DNA from: Azolla caroliniana | Taxonomy: Eukaryota; Plantae; Polypodiophyta | Length of the DNA: 64,000 nucleotides | Assembly (NCBI GenBank): GCA_043228905.1 | Contig: JBHGNT010000002.1 | Location: forward strand, 372,001-436,000 | Direction: 5' to 3' | Shown: piece by piece, positions 14,001 to 27,982 of the stretch | Layout of the letters: each line of letters opens with the position of its first letter | How positions within the stretch are numbered: position 1 is the stretch's first letter | Program-made: the position numbers and the translations under genes | The notes under the pieces: generated by a model | What the model was told of the DNA's origin: nothing | Seen by the model: only the letters and a program-made list of their open reading frames with translations | The model's database searches: none

Positions 14001-17000
14001 TAATGAATGTCTTTTGATACCGATTTCAGGTTCTTGACCTTTCATTTAACAAGATAACTAATGCTCAGCTGCTGAAGCAGTTAGGTTGCTTCTCGAAACT
14101 TCGTTCACTTCAGCTCAATGATAATCCAGTTGCAGAGCTGCCTAATTATATTGAGAAGGTTCTTGAGGCAGTTCCATGGCTGGTGGAATTAGATAATGAA
14201 CCTCTGTCTGATTGTGTGAGGTCTCGGGCAATCAGAAACATTTTTGTGAACGTAATAAATTCCATAGGTCTGTGGCATGTAAGGTCAACTATAAAAAAGG
14301 GCTACATGCCATGCATTGGTGTCCTGGATGTTTCATCACTGAAAAGTAAAACACAAACATCTGTCTTACGAGTTCCCACTTGCTATGCTGATAGACAGCC
14401 AAGTGATTTAATGATGAATTTCCATAATCCATCATATAGGAATGAGCCGATATTTGGAAATAAGATTTTAGCTGGTGAGTCAGATGTATGTGTTCTATGG
14501 GGAATGCTTCTAGAAGTGTGGAGGATAATGTACAATGCTGAATTATATTCTCCTTATGTCGTTGAATGTCAGTGGAGATTCCAATCTCTTCAACTTATGT
14601 GCCTCGATCACAAGAAAAGGCTTTTTAACAGTTTGAAGGAATCTTGTAGCTATAAGGCAATAAAGGACTACTCTGTTCATAATTTATCAGACTTTTACCT
14701 TGGGCAGGAAGGCATACATTTAATGCAAGATAATAAGCAAACTGAATGTGATAGTCTTGTGCGAGATGGCTATATCTCTGATCTCCAGCTCTGCATGTTG
14801 GAGCATTTGAATTTTGGTGACAATCATTATAAAGAGAAGTTACATAGGAACGAAAGCTACGAGGCAGATATAACTTTATATCTCCACAGGATAATAAGGC
14901 TGCAGGCTATTGCAAAAGGTTTCTTGGTGCGAAATAAGTGCAGAGAACATCTTTATCTGCAGCGGGCGAAGTTTTTGCATGGTCATAAAATTTTTAATTC
15001 CTGTGCTGCAACTAAAATACAAGCATATTGGAAAGGCTGGAGTGCAAGGAAAAGCTTTTCAAATAAGAAACTGGCAGTAGTGAAAATACAAGCACAATGG
15101 AGGGGTAGTAGAACTCGGAGAAGGTTTCAGTTGGTGATGAAAGATTCTATCTATGATGATTCTGACGAATTTGACTACACCATAGTTGATGATTCTCTGT
15201 TCTTACCTGAAAACTTCTGTTTTGAGGAGCTGGACCTAGACAAAGAAAACATCTATAGATACGGTTTTCAAGAAATGGCAAGCCAGCAGCTTCATCACTT
15301 TCAGGAGGAGAAGCCTTTCATTCAAAGTGATTCAAATGATAATGCACATTCAATGAACCATTACAAGGTGTTGAACATAAAAACATAAGACAAAAACTAC
15401 TTTCTCTGTTATCTCTATTTGACCATCTATAATTAACAAAATAGACAATGCTTTATGAAACTAGTCTAATGGTGTAAAACACAACAGTCTAAATTCCTAT
15501 TTTGTATTGCATCGAAATTCCAATACTATTATATTGATAAAGTTGAAGCTAGCTGTAGCAGGGGACATAAGATTCTGGTGGCCTAACCTCTAGATTGAAC
15601 AAACATGCTAGATGAGATAAAAGATTGTACTGGGCAAGCTTCTATGATCAATAGAACTGAAATAGTTGTGCTGTGAAGAGTGAGGTTAGGCCTTTTGTCA
15701 TTTCAATGCCTTCTCTATTAAAATGACAAAAGTACCTCCAAGGTCATGATGTCATAATAGCTGTGAACTGAGGAAGATGCAGAAATTTGGTCCTAACTTA
15801 TGGTCAAAAAATAGTGAGATGTGGAACATCAAGTTAAGTACGTAAAAAGAGGGTCAAAGAAAATAAGGTTTACTTTGAGACATCATTTATATCAGCTTAG
15901 GGTTTATTTCATGAAATAATTCAGAGACTTGGAAACTATTGAAAGCCGTAAATCATGGGTAAAGTGGCTGCAAAGATGTTAGAGTTGTAGGGCAGAAATC
16001 CTGTGCTACTCCCTGGAGTCTACTAACTTGTAGTCTTCCATCTCAAATTTTTAGTGGAATATGTTCATGGTTTCAATAGCTTGCCATACTCTTCCTGGGG
16101 TGTCTACTAGCTTTAAATCTTCCATATCAAATTCTTCATGGAAGGCTTTCATTTTTGCAGTCTTCCACGTCATAAGATGTACTTTACTAGGCCCCATTGT
16201 TGGGGTTTCTTGAGTTATCTAACCATTTTCCCAAACACAATGTTCATGAGTTCTCACTGCCTCATGTTTTTCCATATGTATGTAAGTCATCCTAGAACTG
16301 GAACTATTTAGAGGAACACTGCACTCTATCATTGCCTCATGCATGAATCACACTGCCTATGCATTGTCATCATCATAGTAAGAAAGGACAGGTTTTTGAC
16401 CAAGCCACAAAACATCCATGAGAAACCAACTGACAAAGGTACTAAATATTTGGCACTATTTAGCATTATAAAAGTACAAATCAACTTAGCATAATACTAC
16501 AAATCTTTCATATTTTCGTTATAATTTTTTTTATAAGTGATGATGGTTAAATATGAGTAGTTTTCTTAGCGTTATCATTTTTACAGGGATGTGAAATTCA
16601 ACATCTTCGCTCATTGGATGAACGAAAAACAACAGTGGCTGAAATAGCCAAGGACTGGTATGCATATGATATATTAAAGCTAGTGTACATGAAAGGTAAT
16701 TGCTCGCAAATTTAAATGTGTTGTCAAATCTTGGAGGAATCATTTGGTTGATCAATATGACATCGTTGAATCTTGGATCTCACAAGATTCCCAGAATTTG
16801 ACATTCGAGGATCTTTATGTTTTTTTGCATTATTAGGGGTGTTGAAAGAAAGATGGATATTTTTTGGCATTCATAAAGTGCCCATTATTGACCCATGGAA
16901 ACTGAATACATGAGTTCTCTTGATGTGAGTCTCCTTCCTGAGAAAGGATACTCATATTTTGAAGCGCAAATAGTGTAAGTGTGAATGAAGCATACACATA

Positions 17001-19358
17001 TGGGCTCAACCTTCTAGGGGCTGGGCTGTCTTCACTCAAGTTATGACCCCCTGTTAATATGTCATAGCTCTCAGAATTGCAGTATATGCTGACCATGTAA
17101 AAGCAAGTGAAATTAATCTTCTGCAAGGCCGTCATCGCATACCTTATATGCCATTATATTGGACTTATTTTCATGCCATAATGCAACTTCAATACTTAGC
17201 TTGTGTGTTCGAGTGTGAAGAAGTATAATGGCTCTACAAGAGTTAATACTCATGTTGTTAATGAGATAAGGTCAAGTATGATCAGTAGGTATCCTTGCCT
17301 TATATTGAACCCAATATTCAGGGTTGATGTTCGCAATGTAATATTTTTAGAATATTCCCACTTCTTCCTTAGTGCTTCATAACCGCATAGGGCATGGCAT
17401 CAGTTGACATCCCTAAAAGATCTTCCACACCCTATCTTTTGAACATCTTTTTTATGTCAATGACACAACTAAATGAGAGAATTTTGCTCTTATGACTCTT
17501 TTGTAGCTTACATCTAACATTCCAAGAAAGATGTTGTAATCCATGGGTTTGGCATATTCTTGACTTTTGTGATGTATCTATATAGTCTTTGTAGTGCCAA
17601 TATCTTTTTGGGTCAAATATCTGTTCCCAAGAACAAATGAAATTTGCTACTAAAGCCTGTTAATGGAAGTATCCCCATGTATAGAAACATAGTAACGGAC
17701 AGTGAGCTGGTGGTACGAGAGCCACTTCATCCAGGTGGGGCATTCCTATTCTTCCTGGACACATGGGTGGTGGGACCCTTGGCTGTTTTTAAGTGTTGGA
17801 GAATAGCGTTTGTAGCAAGTTTTGGATTTAACTCTCAATTTGCTTTGAATCTTCCCAATCTCATTCCATGCATGAAGAGGGATGGTGCTTCACCATTCTT
17901 CTACTTCATAAAGCAAGACTCGAGTTATCATATGAATATGTTTGAGGACATTAAGAGGGATTGTCCTGCAAGATATAGGCCTAGTGTCATTGGTCATCTG
18001 TAGGGTTCTCCATTTCCAGTGTAAAAAGGGCTAATAAACATTTCAGATAAATGGATGTTGAATGAAGATGGTGGTCTATCTTCTTTGGTATTCATTTTTC
18101 GAACTGTGTTTTGTCTCATGATTAGATCCTTTTCTTTTGCCAAGAGAGAATCGATATAACTAAATGGTGCTTTCCATGTGCAAATTTTTCCCACTGCTCC
18201 TTTTGTCTTGCTCACAGTCCTCCCGACAAGAATTAAAACATTTGCAAGCAATGTGAAAGAAATATTAAGAGTTGTGCAAGACAACATGTGTGAGTTTATC
18301 TGCACATTCTTGGTATTGGAAGTTGGATTCAGAGAAGTTGCCAATTCATCTGATCGACTTGAACATACACAGTAGCTTATTTGCACTATGGTACACAAAA
18401 ATGTAGCATGCATACATACATACATATTATATATATATATATTGAAAGCCAAGTTTGAAATTGATGCACTTGAGTCCAAGTGGGATTCGACTTGTTGCAA
18501 GTGTGAGTTTCCGTGGGGCCTAAAACTAAGCCCCAAATCCCCCCCTCTCCCTCTCTCACCTCTCTGTCTGTCTGTTTGTTGTCATGTTATTTATTAGACA
18601 TTAGAAGTATCTCTGTTTCTATCTCAACTGTTTTCATATTTCCCAAACAAGCACTGCTCTACTACTTCGTTGGAAGGAACTCTATTTGTGCCTCTTGCCT
18701 CATCTTTATATTTTATTTTGAAGCAATGGCTACACGATTTCTAAATGTTAACAATATTGCACCATCTGTGTGTTATTTGTTAGATTCATCAACCATCTGC
18801 TTTGTCTTCTGGAGCACGTGTGCGTGTCTCCCTCCCTTGAGATGGTCTAGTGCATGCTCAACTTTTATGCTCTGAATAGTCAGTTTAACTGTAACGGACA
18901 TCATTATGTTGTGATTGGGTAACTGATGTCATTCTCAAGGTTCACTTTCCCGGTCTTTAACTTCTCAAACTCTAAGTTTTAATATATATGTGTTTGGTTT
19001 CATCAATGGTATGTGGTCATGCTGACAAGTTTGTTTTCCACATCAATATTTTCTTTATGAATGGCTTTCAAGGGGATTTCATAATGAGAAAACAGCATTG
19101 CAGCTGATGAGGGCTCTACAGAATACTAAAAGGCAAGCAAAACCCTCCAAGACACCCATGCTAGGTATCACAGTGCATTCTGAATTACATCACTATTCTG
19201 AATACACTGCTTATATTCCTGTTCTATAATTGTCTGTGCTGGTTGTTTTTTCCTTAGATTCACAGACACGATTTAAAGTATTCGTTGCGAACTGCGAGAA
19301 AAACTGCAGCAATAACTTTGGAGTAGTTGGTATTCATCCCAATTCTCTATGCTTTTAG
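11072..19358 (+). CDS. Leucine-rich repeat and IQ motif protein, LRRIQ1-like. Exons ~11072-12487, 14030-15367, 16587-16657, 19073-19164, 19258-19329/19358; 5' exons unresolved
   Basis: Many LxxLxLxxN repeats; LRR cap (LQLNDNPV..PNY...VPWLVELD); three IQ motifs (LQAIAKGFLVR, IQAYWKGWSAR, IQAQWRGSRTR); acidic DDSDEFDY; spliced IAKDWGFHNEKTALQLMRA...LDSQTRF resembles the LRRIQ1 C-terminal motif as I recall it. All junctions are GT-AG and phase-compatible. Confidence 0.75.
16930..17640 (-). mobile_element. Decayed LINE 3' portion inside an intron of the LRR-IQ gene
   Basis: Colinear similarity with 29730-30440 (GCATACACATATG.GCTCAACCTTCT; CAACTTCAATAC.TA.CTT.TG..TCGAGTG). Confidence 0.7.
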
Positions 19359-19724
19359 ATTAAATTCACATAGAACAAAGTTAACCAAACATCCAGGTGA
19401 AACACAATAGAAGGGATTAACATATGATTCGTGCAGTAACTCGTTATGGTGGAAGAGGGAATTTGACGTTTACTGAGTTTACCGGCGGTAGAAATTTTGC
19501 ATCTGTTCTAAACTGCCAATTAGAAACATTGTTGCATGTTATTTGTATTTCAAAGGTAGAATGTCTCAATTTTGCTTGTGAAATAGTTGGAGACTCTTTC
19601 TCTCTAAAGCAGTGACCTCACTCAGTTTTCTTTCTATGTCAAAAAGAATAATAGAATGTGGTCTCATGCTGTTTGTTCCTACATGGCATATAGATACAGA
19701 TAATTTTTGAAAATTCACCAGTGC

Positions 19725-20423
19725 CCTTTCTCTAGCTCCATCACTCCTAATGCTAGAAGTCAACCCTAGGATACAGAAATGGGATCCAGACCAGGATATA
19801 ACAAAGGGGTTACAATTGATTGGGCAATGGCAATTTGCTGTGCACGTAAGCCCCGGCCCCATGGACCACGACCTCGATACCCTTGTCATCGACAGATAAA
19901 AGCCATTATCTCCCGCCATCGTAGGTGCTTCCCTCGCTTCGGAGATATTTCCGTTTTGGATCGACCTATGATAGAGATCTTTCGAAGACAAGCTACAATA
20001 TACCTAACTTGAGAATCTCACATGTGCCAAAAACCAGATTCCCTCATCTCTTTTCTTTTCATCTTATTTACTTTTATATTTACTGTGTAACATTTACTTC
20101 ATTTTGATTTGTTCTCAAAGACGAGAAAACACTTAAAGATGTAATCTCTTATTTGGTCTTATAGGCCATTTTGGCCCCTTAAAAGACGTTAATATATCTT
20201 TCTTTCTTTCTTTCTTTCTACCTCACATGTGCCAAAAACCAAATTCCCTCGTTTCTTTTCTTTTCATCTTAGTTACTTTTATATTTACTGTGTAATATTT
20301 ATTTTATTTTGATTTGTTCTCAAAGATGAGACAACACTTAAAATGTAATCTCTTATTTGGTCTTATAGGCCATTTTGGCCTCTTAAAAGACGTTAATATA
20401 TCTTTCTTTCTTTCTTTCTTTCT
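19725..20423 (+). mobile_element. LINE 3' fragment with tandemly duplicated 3' UTR and tail (~20017-20219 and ~20222-20423)
   Basis: Matches 5250-5737; two consecutive CTCACATGTGCCAAAAACCA...(TCTT)n units. Confidence 0.9.
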
Positions 20424-20439
20424 ACCCATGTCCTCCTGC

Positions 20440-20583
20440 GTTTTCTGCAAAATTTGATCCTCTGCATTGAACAATGGCCATGTATGTTCGCTTTTTTTGA
20501 AATGTTTGATCCTCTGCATTTTCTGCCAAATCTGATCCTTTGCATTTTCTGCCAAGTCTGATCCTCTATGTTTTCTGCCAAGT
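20440..20583. repeat. ~26-bp minisatellite
   Basis: TTTTCTGCCAAATCTGATCCTCTGCA-like unit, about 4-5 imperfect copies. Confidence 0.75.
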
Positions 20584-20657
20584 AGGAATTTCTGGAATCT
20601 ATATTGTTCCCTCTGTGCTATGCATTTCATACCCTGTATTTGCTCTCTTAAGACGCC

Positions 20658-23195
20658 ATGGAGTTTGAATGGACAGAAAATGAAAATATAGATCTCAACA
20701 CACACAAAGAGGGTTCAGATCTATGGAAGACCCCAAGAAGATACTATAGACGAAAAGGACGAATGGGAACACCCCGAATAGCATTAGGACGCACAAGGCA
20801 CCCAAAATGCAGGCTCCATTCGACATTCCATTTGATGCTGAAAATGGGGAAAATGATCTATTACATCATTTGATTACACAAGAGATCAATCTTATCAGAG
20901 AGGATATAGAAAGAGCACTAAAAGAAGAAACAATGTTGTACGCCTCTCTCAAGATTGAGTTATTAGAAGAGATGCGGAAAGACATAACAAGCCACGTCAA
21001 GAAATCAAACTTAGAGCTCAAGGATGACATGACACAATACCTGAAGGATGAAATATCCTCAAATAAGGTTGAGTTAGTAGCTATAAAAGTGGGTTTAGCA
21101 AAAGGACAAGAAGCATTGGAAAAATGCATCTCTATAGTTAAAGCCAATGTCACTAAGGAAATGCAAACATGGGCAGACATGGCCAAAGATGCTAAATCTC
21201 AAGCTAAGCATGCCCCAGAAAATATTAAAGCAAATGGTCCTTGGATAGAGGTAATGAAAAATAAAAAAGGAACATTAGTGTATAGGATGGAAATGACAAA
21301 TGCTACACTAGAAGAAGAAGCCAAGAGGAAAGCTCATGTGTTACATGTACGAGTGGTTGGTTGGGAAGCCCACAAGAAGATGCCATGAATCATGGAACAA
21401 AGATTGGGGCATCAGATATTCCATTTGCTTCAATGTGGAGGGTGGGAAGAGATGAGTCTAGAGCTAAAGCCTTTATAATCCACTTAATAGATATTGACAA
21501 GAAAAAAGCTTTCCTATCTAAAAGAAAGGCACTCAAGGCTAAGAAAATATACTCAGTTGACGATCTCACTCTAGCCCAAGTGGAACGCCGCAAAGAAAAC
21601 ATGCCATGAGTGCTTGATGCAAGAAAGGGAAAAATGGGACCTATATAGAGTTGGTAAGGTCATAATTATTGAGAAGAGAACCGCATGACAATATATGGGC
21701 TGTGAGACCTTACGCATGACTATATGGAATTGCAACAGCTCTCTACGGACAGATGCCAGATATTTTGAAGATACCTTCAAAAACACAAATATTGCTATGT
21801 ATATAGAGACCCACCTGTGCATGGCTAGCAAACTCCCTGAGGTACAAGGATATGCATGGGAGTCAATATGTCGTCCCCAACCTCGGACACCAGGAAGCAT
21901 TAGAGGTTCAGGAAGAGTGGCTATGTTATACAAAAAGGAGCTCCATGATAGAGCGCATGTTGTCCATAAGGATGTAGATGCATGTCACATGCCGATACAA
22001 ATCAAAAGAGGGGATCTTAGGAGCTATATATTGCAATTTGCTACTTTTTGCCTGCCTACTCAAGGTTTTCACCTCTAGGTGAATCACCATATCTACCATT
22101 ATATGATGATATCATAAGATTCACTACTATGGGGGCATAATGCACGAACCAAGGATGAATAAACAACTATGTTTGACACCAACGAAGTTATGGCAGAAGA
22201 GGTTGGTCTAAAGCGACCAACTCAAGATATGAGTGCTATAATTGAATATGGCTAACACTTTCTAGCCCTGGGACGTGCTTTGAGATATAATGGATTGTCA
22301 CAATGGCCTGGATCAGATGCTTTGAGATGTTGGAACCCAAAAGGAGGTGCAAGCAGATTATCTAATGGGATCTTGATCTCTTATACCTGAAATAAAAGAG
22401 TTCACTATATCAGGTAGACCTATTGGCTTGGTAGCAGATCATGCATATCTACGTTTTGAGGTAAAGGATCGATGCACAAGGGATGTATATGCTAAGGAAA
22501 GTGGGCTGGCTAAGTATCGCTTTACTTGCGAGACAATTGGTGTGTATAGTTGTGGAGTATACAATGGCATGCTAGATTTGGATCCCTTCGCACCCCCCTT
22601 GATGAACTTACGCAATGATTGTCAAATCATTCCATAAAGCAGCCACAAATGCCTTTCCTAACATAATGGCCAATCCCCCAAACTTGGTAAAGTAATACAA
22701 AATAGTTGGTATGATGAGGAATGTCGTGATACAAGGAGATGCTTGCAGTGTAAAGTAACTCGGGGCATTTATACATGCAAACAAGCGAGAGCAATCTTCC
22801 AACGCCTTGTAAGGAAGAAGAAGAGATTGTATTTAGCTAAATTTAAAGATAATTTGTATCACTTGTTTCTAGGAGAAGAAAGTAAATGAGCATGGAAAAT
22901 GTTTAATGAGAGGCAACCTACCACACAACTGACCTCACCTCAGGTGTGGCATGAATATGCAAAGGTCCTATATGATATCTTGGGGCAACCTCCTCTTCCC
23001 CACCCACATGCCTCATGCCCACATGAATTAACCTTTTTTACTCCACAAAATGTAAGAAATGCCATTGATCGGTTACAATTTGGGGAAGGCCCAAGATCAT
23101 GATGGATTGGTGGGTGAGCACTTTATCTATGCCTGTGACAACTTTCTCCCATTGCTAGCACACATCTTTAATAGAGCCATGTGTGAAGGTTTTGT
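20658..23195 (+). mobile_element. Decayed 5' half of a two-ORF LINE: ORF1, APE endonuclease, start of RT
   Basis: Coiled-coil ORF 20807..21388 and WRVGR...KALKAKKIYSVDDLT; MTIWNC...ETHL...GSGRVAMLY (APE); ADHAYL; KAQDHDGLVGEHFIYA...HIFN (RT N-terminus). Confidence 0.8.
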
Positions 23196-23499
23196 CGAAT
23201 ACAGATTTATAATCACTGTATTCACATTATCCCACTTGGACAAACTAGCTTAGGCCATATTTGTAATATGCTCAAATGGCAGTTGCTCTAGTTCAGTCAA
23301 TATATAACTGAAACTACTTTGAGGATGATGTGGCCATTCTTTCTGTTGTGATGTTTGGATAATATAGTTACATTCTTGTGTGCTTCTTGGGATCTCTCTC
23401 CAGTATAATCTCTGTTCTTATTGATCTAATCTCCCATCTTGTAAGTCTGTTACTACCCAGTGCTGATTTGTTATTCGCCATTGACGAGCTTGTTCACAA

Positions 23500-24779
23500 C
23501 TTTTGGTATCATCTGTCCCCATCACCAGCACCCCTGTTGCGGCTGTAGAAGACCTCAAGTTTGTTGGATCTCTGGAACACACTTCTCCAAGATTTCAGTT
23601 GGACTGAAATCTTTTGTTCAATAATTTTCCGACCAGATGACACTAATCAAGAGATGGCATCAGCATCCGGCTCATCAGAGATGAATCTCAAGAAGTTCGA
23701 TGGCACAAACTTCAACTTCTGGAAGGAGCAAGTGCAAGATTACATGATCGTAAAGGGTCAGATCGACCCAATCGAAAACGAAAACCCTCCAGAAGATTAC
23801 AAGCTGAACGAGTGGACAAAGCTTGACCCTATAACTCATGCCACAATTCAGATGCATCTATTCAAATCTGTTTACTATACAGTACCATCGTGTTCGACAG
23901 CATTTGAATTGTGGAAATTGTTGTGGGACACCTACAAAAAGGTGGCTGCCATCAAGATTTACATGATCCGGCGGCTTTACAATCTTTGGATGAAAGTGTT
24001 TGATTCAGTCCAGACACACATGAACGAGTACAGAAGTATGAACTCCAGATTTCTGCTCCGGGGATGATGATCGACAACGAGCGTGAAAGCTCTTTTGCTG
24101 CTGAGCAGTCTCCTCCCTTCATGGAAACTTTTGTCACCACAGTGTGGAATGCATTGACTACAGCCGTTAACTACTCCGAGGTTACGAGCTCAATTCTGTT
24201 TGAAGATGCTCGAAGTAAATTGTTTGTATACGATTCGGCTAGTGATGCTTATGTAATACAAAGTTCGGCCGAATGACCGAACAATCAAGGAAGAAGTTCT
24301 TCCCGACAGCCGAACAATGGTCAGAGCCGGAGCAAGTCCAGGGACAGCCGAACATGCAACTACTGCAAGAAACTTGGAAACATTAAGGCCCAATGCCGTG
24401 CCCTCAAGGCCAAAAATGAGAAGGCTCAGAGATCGGAACAAAAGGGCATCCAACAGGAGGTCAATTTTGTCGGTTCTTTAGTCGAAATCTTGTCCAATGA
24501 CCTGAACATCCTATTCATTGAGAATTTGGTCAAATTAGAAGTTCTGTATACGACCGTAGAATCCACAACTTGGCTTCTCGATTCGGGTGCCTTGTACCAT
24601 GTGATCCCGCACCAATCTCAATTATGGTAGTATTTGGCTTGGCTCTCTGACTCAGTTCGAGTCAGAAATTCTCAGCATTGTGCCATCGTAGGCATTGGCT
24701 CAGTAGAGCTTAACCTTCCAGGTGGCTCTACTCTTGTATTGCATAATGTTCGACATGTACCCGAGCCCACAAGGTCGTT
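23500..24779 (+). mobile_element. Ty1/Copia gag-protease remnant
   Basis: PBS remnant TGGTATCA ~23504; KFDGTNFNFWK gag; CNYCKKLGNIKAQC zinc knuckle; WLLDSGA protease motif; cut at the 3' side by a LINE. Confidence 0.8.
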
Positions 24780-25516
24780 GCCAATTGTGTCATCAAGGAG
24801 TGGAATTCGCAGAACACTATGTTTGTCACTGTAGTGCCTTTTATGAAATCAGAGGGAGATACCATTACCTCTTTAAACAAGGCTTTGACTCGCTCCGCAA
24901 GGTAATAGAATATGAGGACCAACGGTGCCTAGGACTTTTCTTGTTAGAGCTCAAGAGACATCATGAAAAGTTGTTGAATAATACAGCCACACGATCTCAT
25001 CCACAAAGCACAATGACTACTTTCTTTAGCCCCATCACTCCTACTAATGCTACAAGTCATCAAGGGATACATAAATGGGCTCCCAACCAGGACATAACAA
25101 AGGGGTTACAATTAATCGGGCAATAGCAATTTGTCATGCACGTAGGCCCCGACCCCATGGACCATGACCTCAAGTGACATCAACACCCTTGTCATCGACA
25201 GCTAATGGCTATTATCTCCTGCCATTGCAGGTGCTTCCCTCGCTTCAAAGACCTTTCCATTCTGGATCGACCTGTGCTAGATATCATTTGAAGACAAAAG
25301 TTAGAATATATCTAACTTGAGAATTTGACATGTGCTGGAAACCAGATTCCCTCTTCTCTTTTTATCTTATTTACTTTTATATTTACGGAGTAATATTTAT
25401 TTTATTTTGATTTGTTGTTCTCAAAGACGAGACAACACTTACGATGTAATCTCTTGTTTGGTCTTATAGGCCATTTTGGCCTCTTAAAAGACGTTAATTT
25501 TTCTTTCTTTCTTTCT
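24780..25516 (+). mobile_element. LINE 3' fragment (same family as 4030-5740)
   Basis: CQLCHQGVEFAEHYVCHCSAFYEIRGRY through to the (TCTT)n tail. Confidence 0.9.
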
Positions 25517-25843
25517 AGAATAGCAAGATCATTTGATTTTAACACCAGTAAAGCCTCCTCAATGAGGAAAATAATCCGTCCTTTTTTATCAAAATTTCTT
25601 GTTCAGCATCTAATACTGATCTTCACAGCTCTGACGTCATTATTTAATGTTCACAGCAATGGCATAATGTTGCCATAAACATGTTCCCAAGTTCTGAACA
25701 ATGCCTATAGCATCTCTGCTAAGTGGTTAACTCTAAGATGTGGTACAGTAAACAGACATGAACCTTTATAAGGAAATGGCATCTGATCAATAATTCGATT
25801 TGCTTTACATTTTAAATTCCTGGCTTTCTAATGCCATTTATAG

Positions 25844-26091
25844 AGGCGCCATGTGTGGATCAAGCTAATGAGAAAGATGTTGGGGTGAGCTCGTCTATAA
25901 AGATCCGGAAGCCTTTGCTAGTCAAATCTAAGGTGTTTTCCTTGTTGTGTCCATATTTTTACAACATTCGCACAATGTATTTCATGGGTTCTTGGCAGGT
26001 TGATATATGGTTTTCTCATTTTCCAGAGTGTGTATTACAGGAGAAAAAGTACATAAGAGCTTGTGTAACCACACTCACCTTTGATGAATAA
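25844..26091 (+). CDS. Possible two terminal exons of the LRR-IQ gene (25844-25932, 26041-26091)
   Basis: AG acceptor and GT donor present and phase-compatible with a donor at 19330; no recognisable protein motif. Confidence 0.3.
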
Positions 26092-27948
26092 GTGAAGCAT
26101 TTAAAGGGAATCTTTTGAGTATTGATTATATGAGGGATGTGGTGAGTCTAAGGAAGAAGTGAAAAACAATGCGGATGTTCATCTCTTCAGAATTAGGTGA
26201 CAACCCGAGGTTAACCTAGCCTTAGGTCTATGCAAAAGATAGACATGGATTGTCTCTAACATCTATACTGGAATAACTTAATATGTAAAGGACAATGGTT
26301 TATTTATAAGCTTAAGCGTTAATTTATAGATGAGGTTTTATTTCTTGAGTTTAAGCCTTTTTAAAAGATGTTTGGTTTCATGAACCGTCAAACATAAATC
26401 CTTGTTTAATGTTATGGAGGCTTTCTTTCAATGGGCCATTGACAAGTTATAATTGTATCTTTTATGTAGTTAATTGTGATAACAATGCATCTTGATTTAT
26501 AAACGCAAATTTCATGGTGGTGGTGTCGACATTTTTGAGGCTATACTGTAAAGTATGTTAGGTGTGAATAAGAGCCAATATTCACATGTAGACAACGGAG
26601 ACGGGGTTGCATTGAATATTATATATGGTCAATTATTTTGTAACCAAACCTGAGATTGTATTCGAGGGTTAGTTTTCATTTGACCTTTCGAGTTTTATTG
26701 GTATATGTTCACTTCGAAGTACATATCCTGTGACTTATTGTGCTTTAGCCCTCAACTAATATATATTCTTCCTTGAATAGTTATGTGCACTATTTTAAGT
26801 ATCTTTTGCGATTCCTTGATACTCATACAACATTAATTCTGTATAAAAGTTTACGAGGTTCCGCATTTGCTACTACACGAAGTTGTGAAGGACACAAATG
26901 GACAAGGTTGCTTGGTTGAGACCAGACGGTCAATCATTCAACCCTTATTCTTTGTTGTTGCCGTTTCTAATTTAACATGAATAAGATAGTGGGACATCTT
27001 GGATACCGACTTGGTTGGAATGCAAACATGCAAGAGAATAGTTTTAGTAGGTTTTACAAAAAGTCAAACAAAAGTACTTCAACATGCTAAGAAAGATATA
27101 TGGTGGTTTTGATACATCCACGCCTAGACCATTGGTGGATGTGTTCATGCTACTATAATATCTACATTAAATTCTCTTGAGGATGAAGGGCACAAAGTTT
27201 GACGATGTACCTCAAGCACATCTATTTCTTTCCATATCACCATGTTTGTGTACTCCTGTTATGTTGTTGCTTTCCTCCCTTCAGTTTTGACGAGCGTAGT
27301 GAATTTTAGTTGTTTGATAGTTTTATGGCGAATTTTCAATTTCTGATGCGCAGTTAGTTATGTTATGGTTTGGAGTTGAGCCCAACAAACATATGCAGCC
27401 AAATGAAAAACACATGAAGCTATAATATAGCTGTGTTGAAGATTACCATGGTAAAGATGGCTCTCGGTAACATCAACGATCAAATTTAATCAAAGCATGG
27501 ATGGCGGTGACATACATACTCTTTTCAGTCCACAACGAATAGTTACTCATATCAAGATTCGAAGGCTTATTTATCTCGTTTGGAAATACACTCAGAATGA
27601 ACACGTGTGCTTTGAATGAAAGTGGACGAAGAGTCAGCAGGTCAGGTCAGATCAGATCAGTGAGTGGAAAAGACATAGCAACAGACAGGCCGGGCTCTCC
27701 TTTTAGAAAATTAAATTTGGTCAAGAACCCTCCCGAGTCCCAACCCAAACCAAATGGCAGAAAGACCTAATTTGTGATGTGCTGTATGTAGCCTGTGCTG
27801 GGCTCAGCCTGTATGTCACCCACCCACCTTTTGATTCATTCATTGCTTGCCAATTCATTCATTGTTTGGCCTTCACGCCCAAACAAACCAATCGTGCCAG
27901 TCAACCCAACCGATTCAACTTAAAAACTTGTCTTGTGGCAGCAAGAAA

Positions 27949-27982
27949 CACACACACACACACACTCTCTCTCTCTCTCTCA
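27949..27982. repeat. (CA)n(CT)n compound microsatellite upstream of SDR
   Basis: Direct reading. Confidence 0.85.

Noticed and set aside
17644-18875. Cluster of 65-180-aa ORFs in the LRR-IQ intron
   Set aside because: No recognisable motifs; probably a decayed repeat; cannot be assigned.
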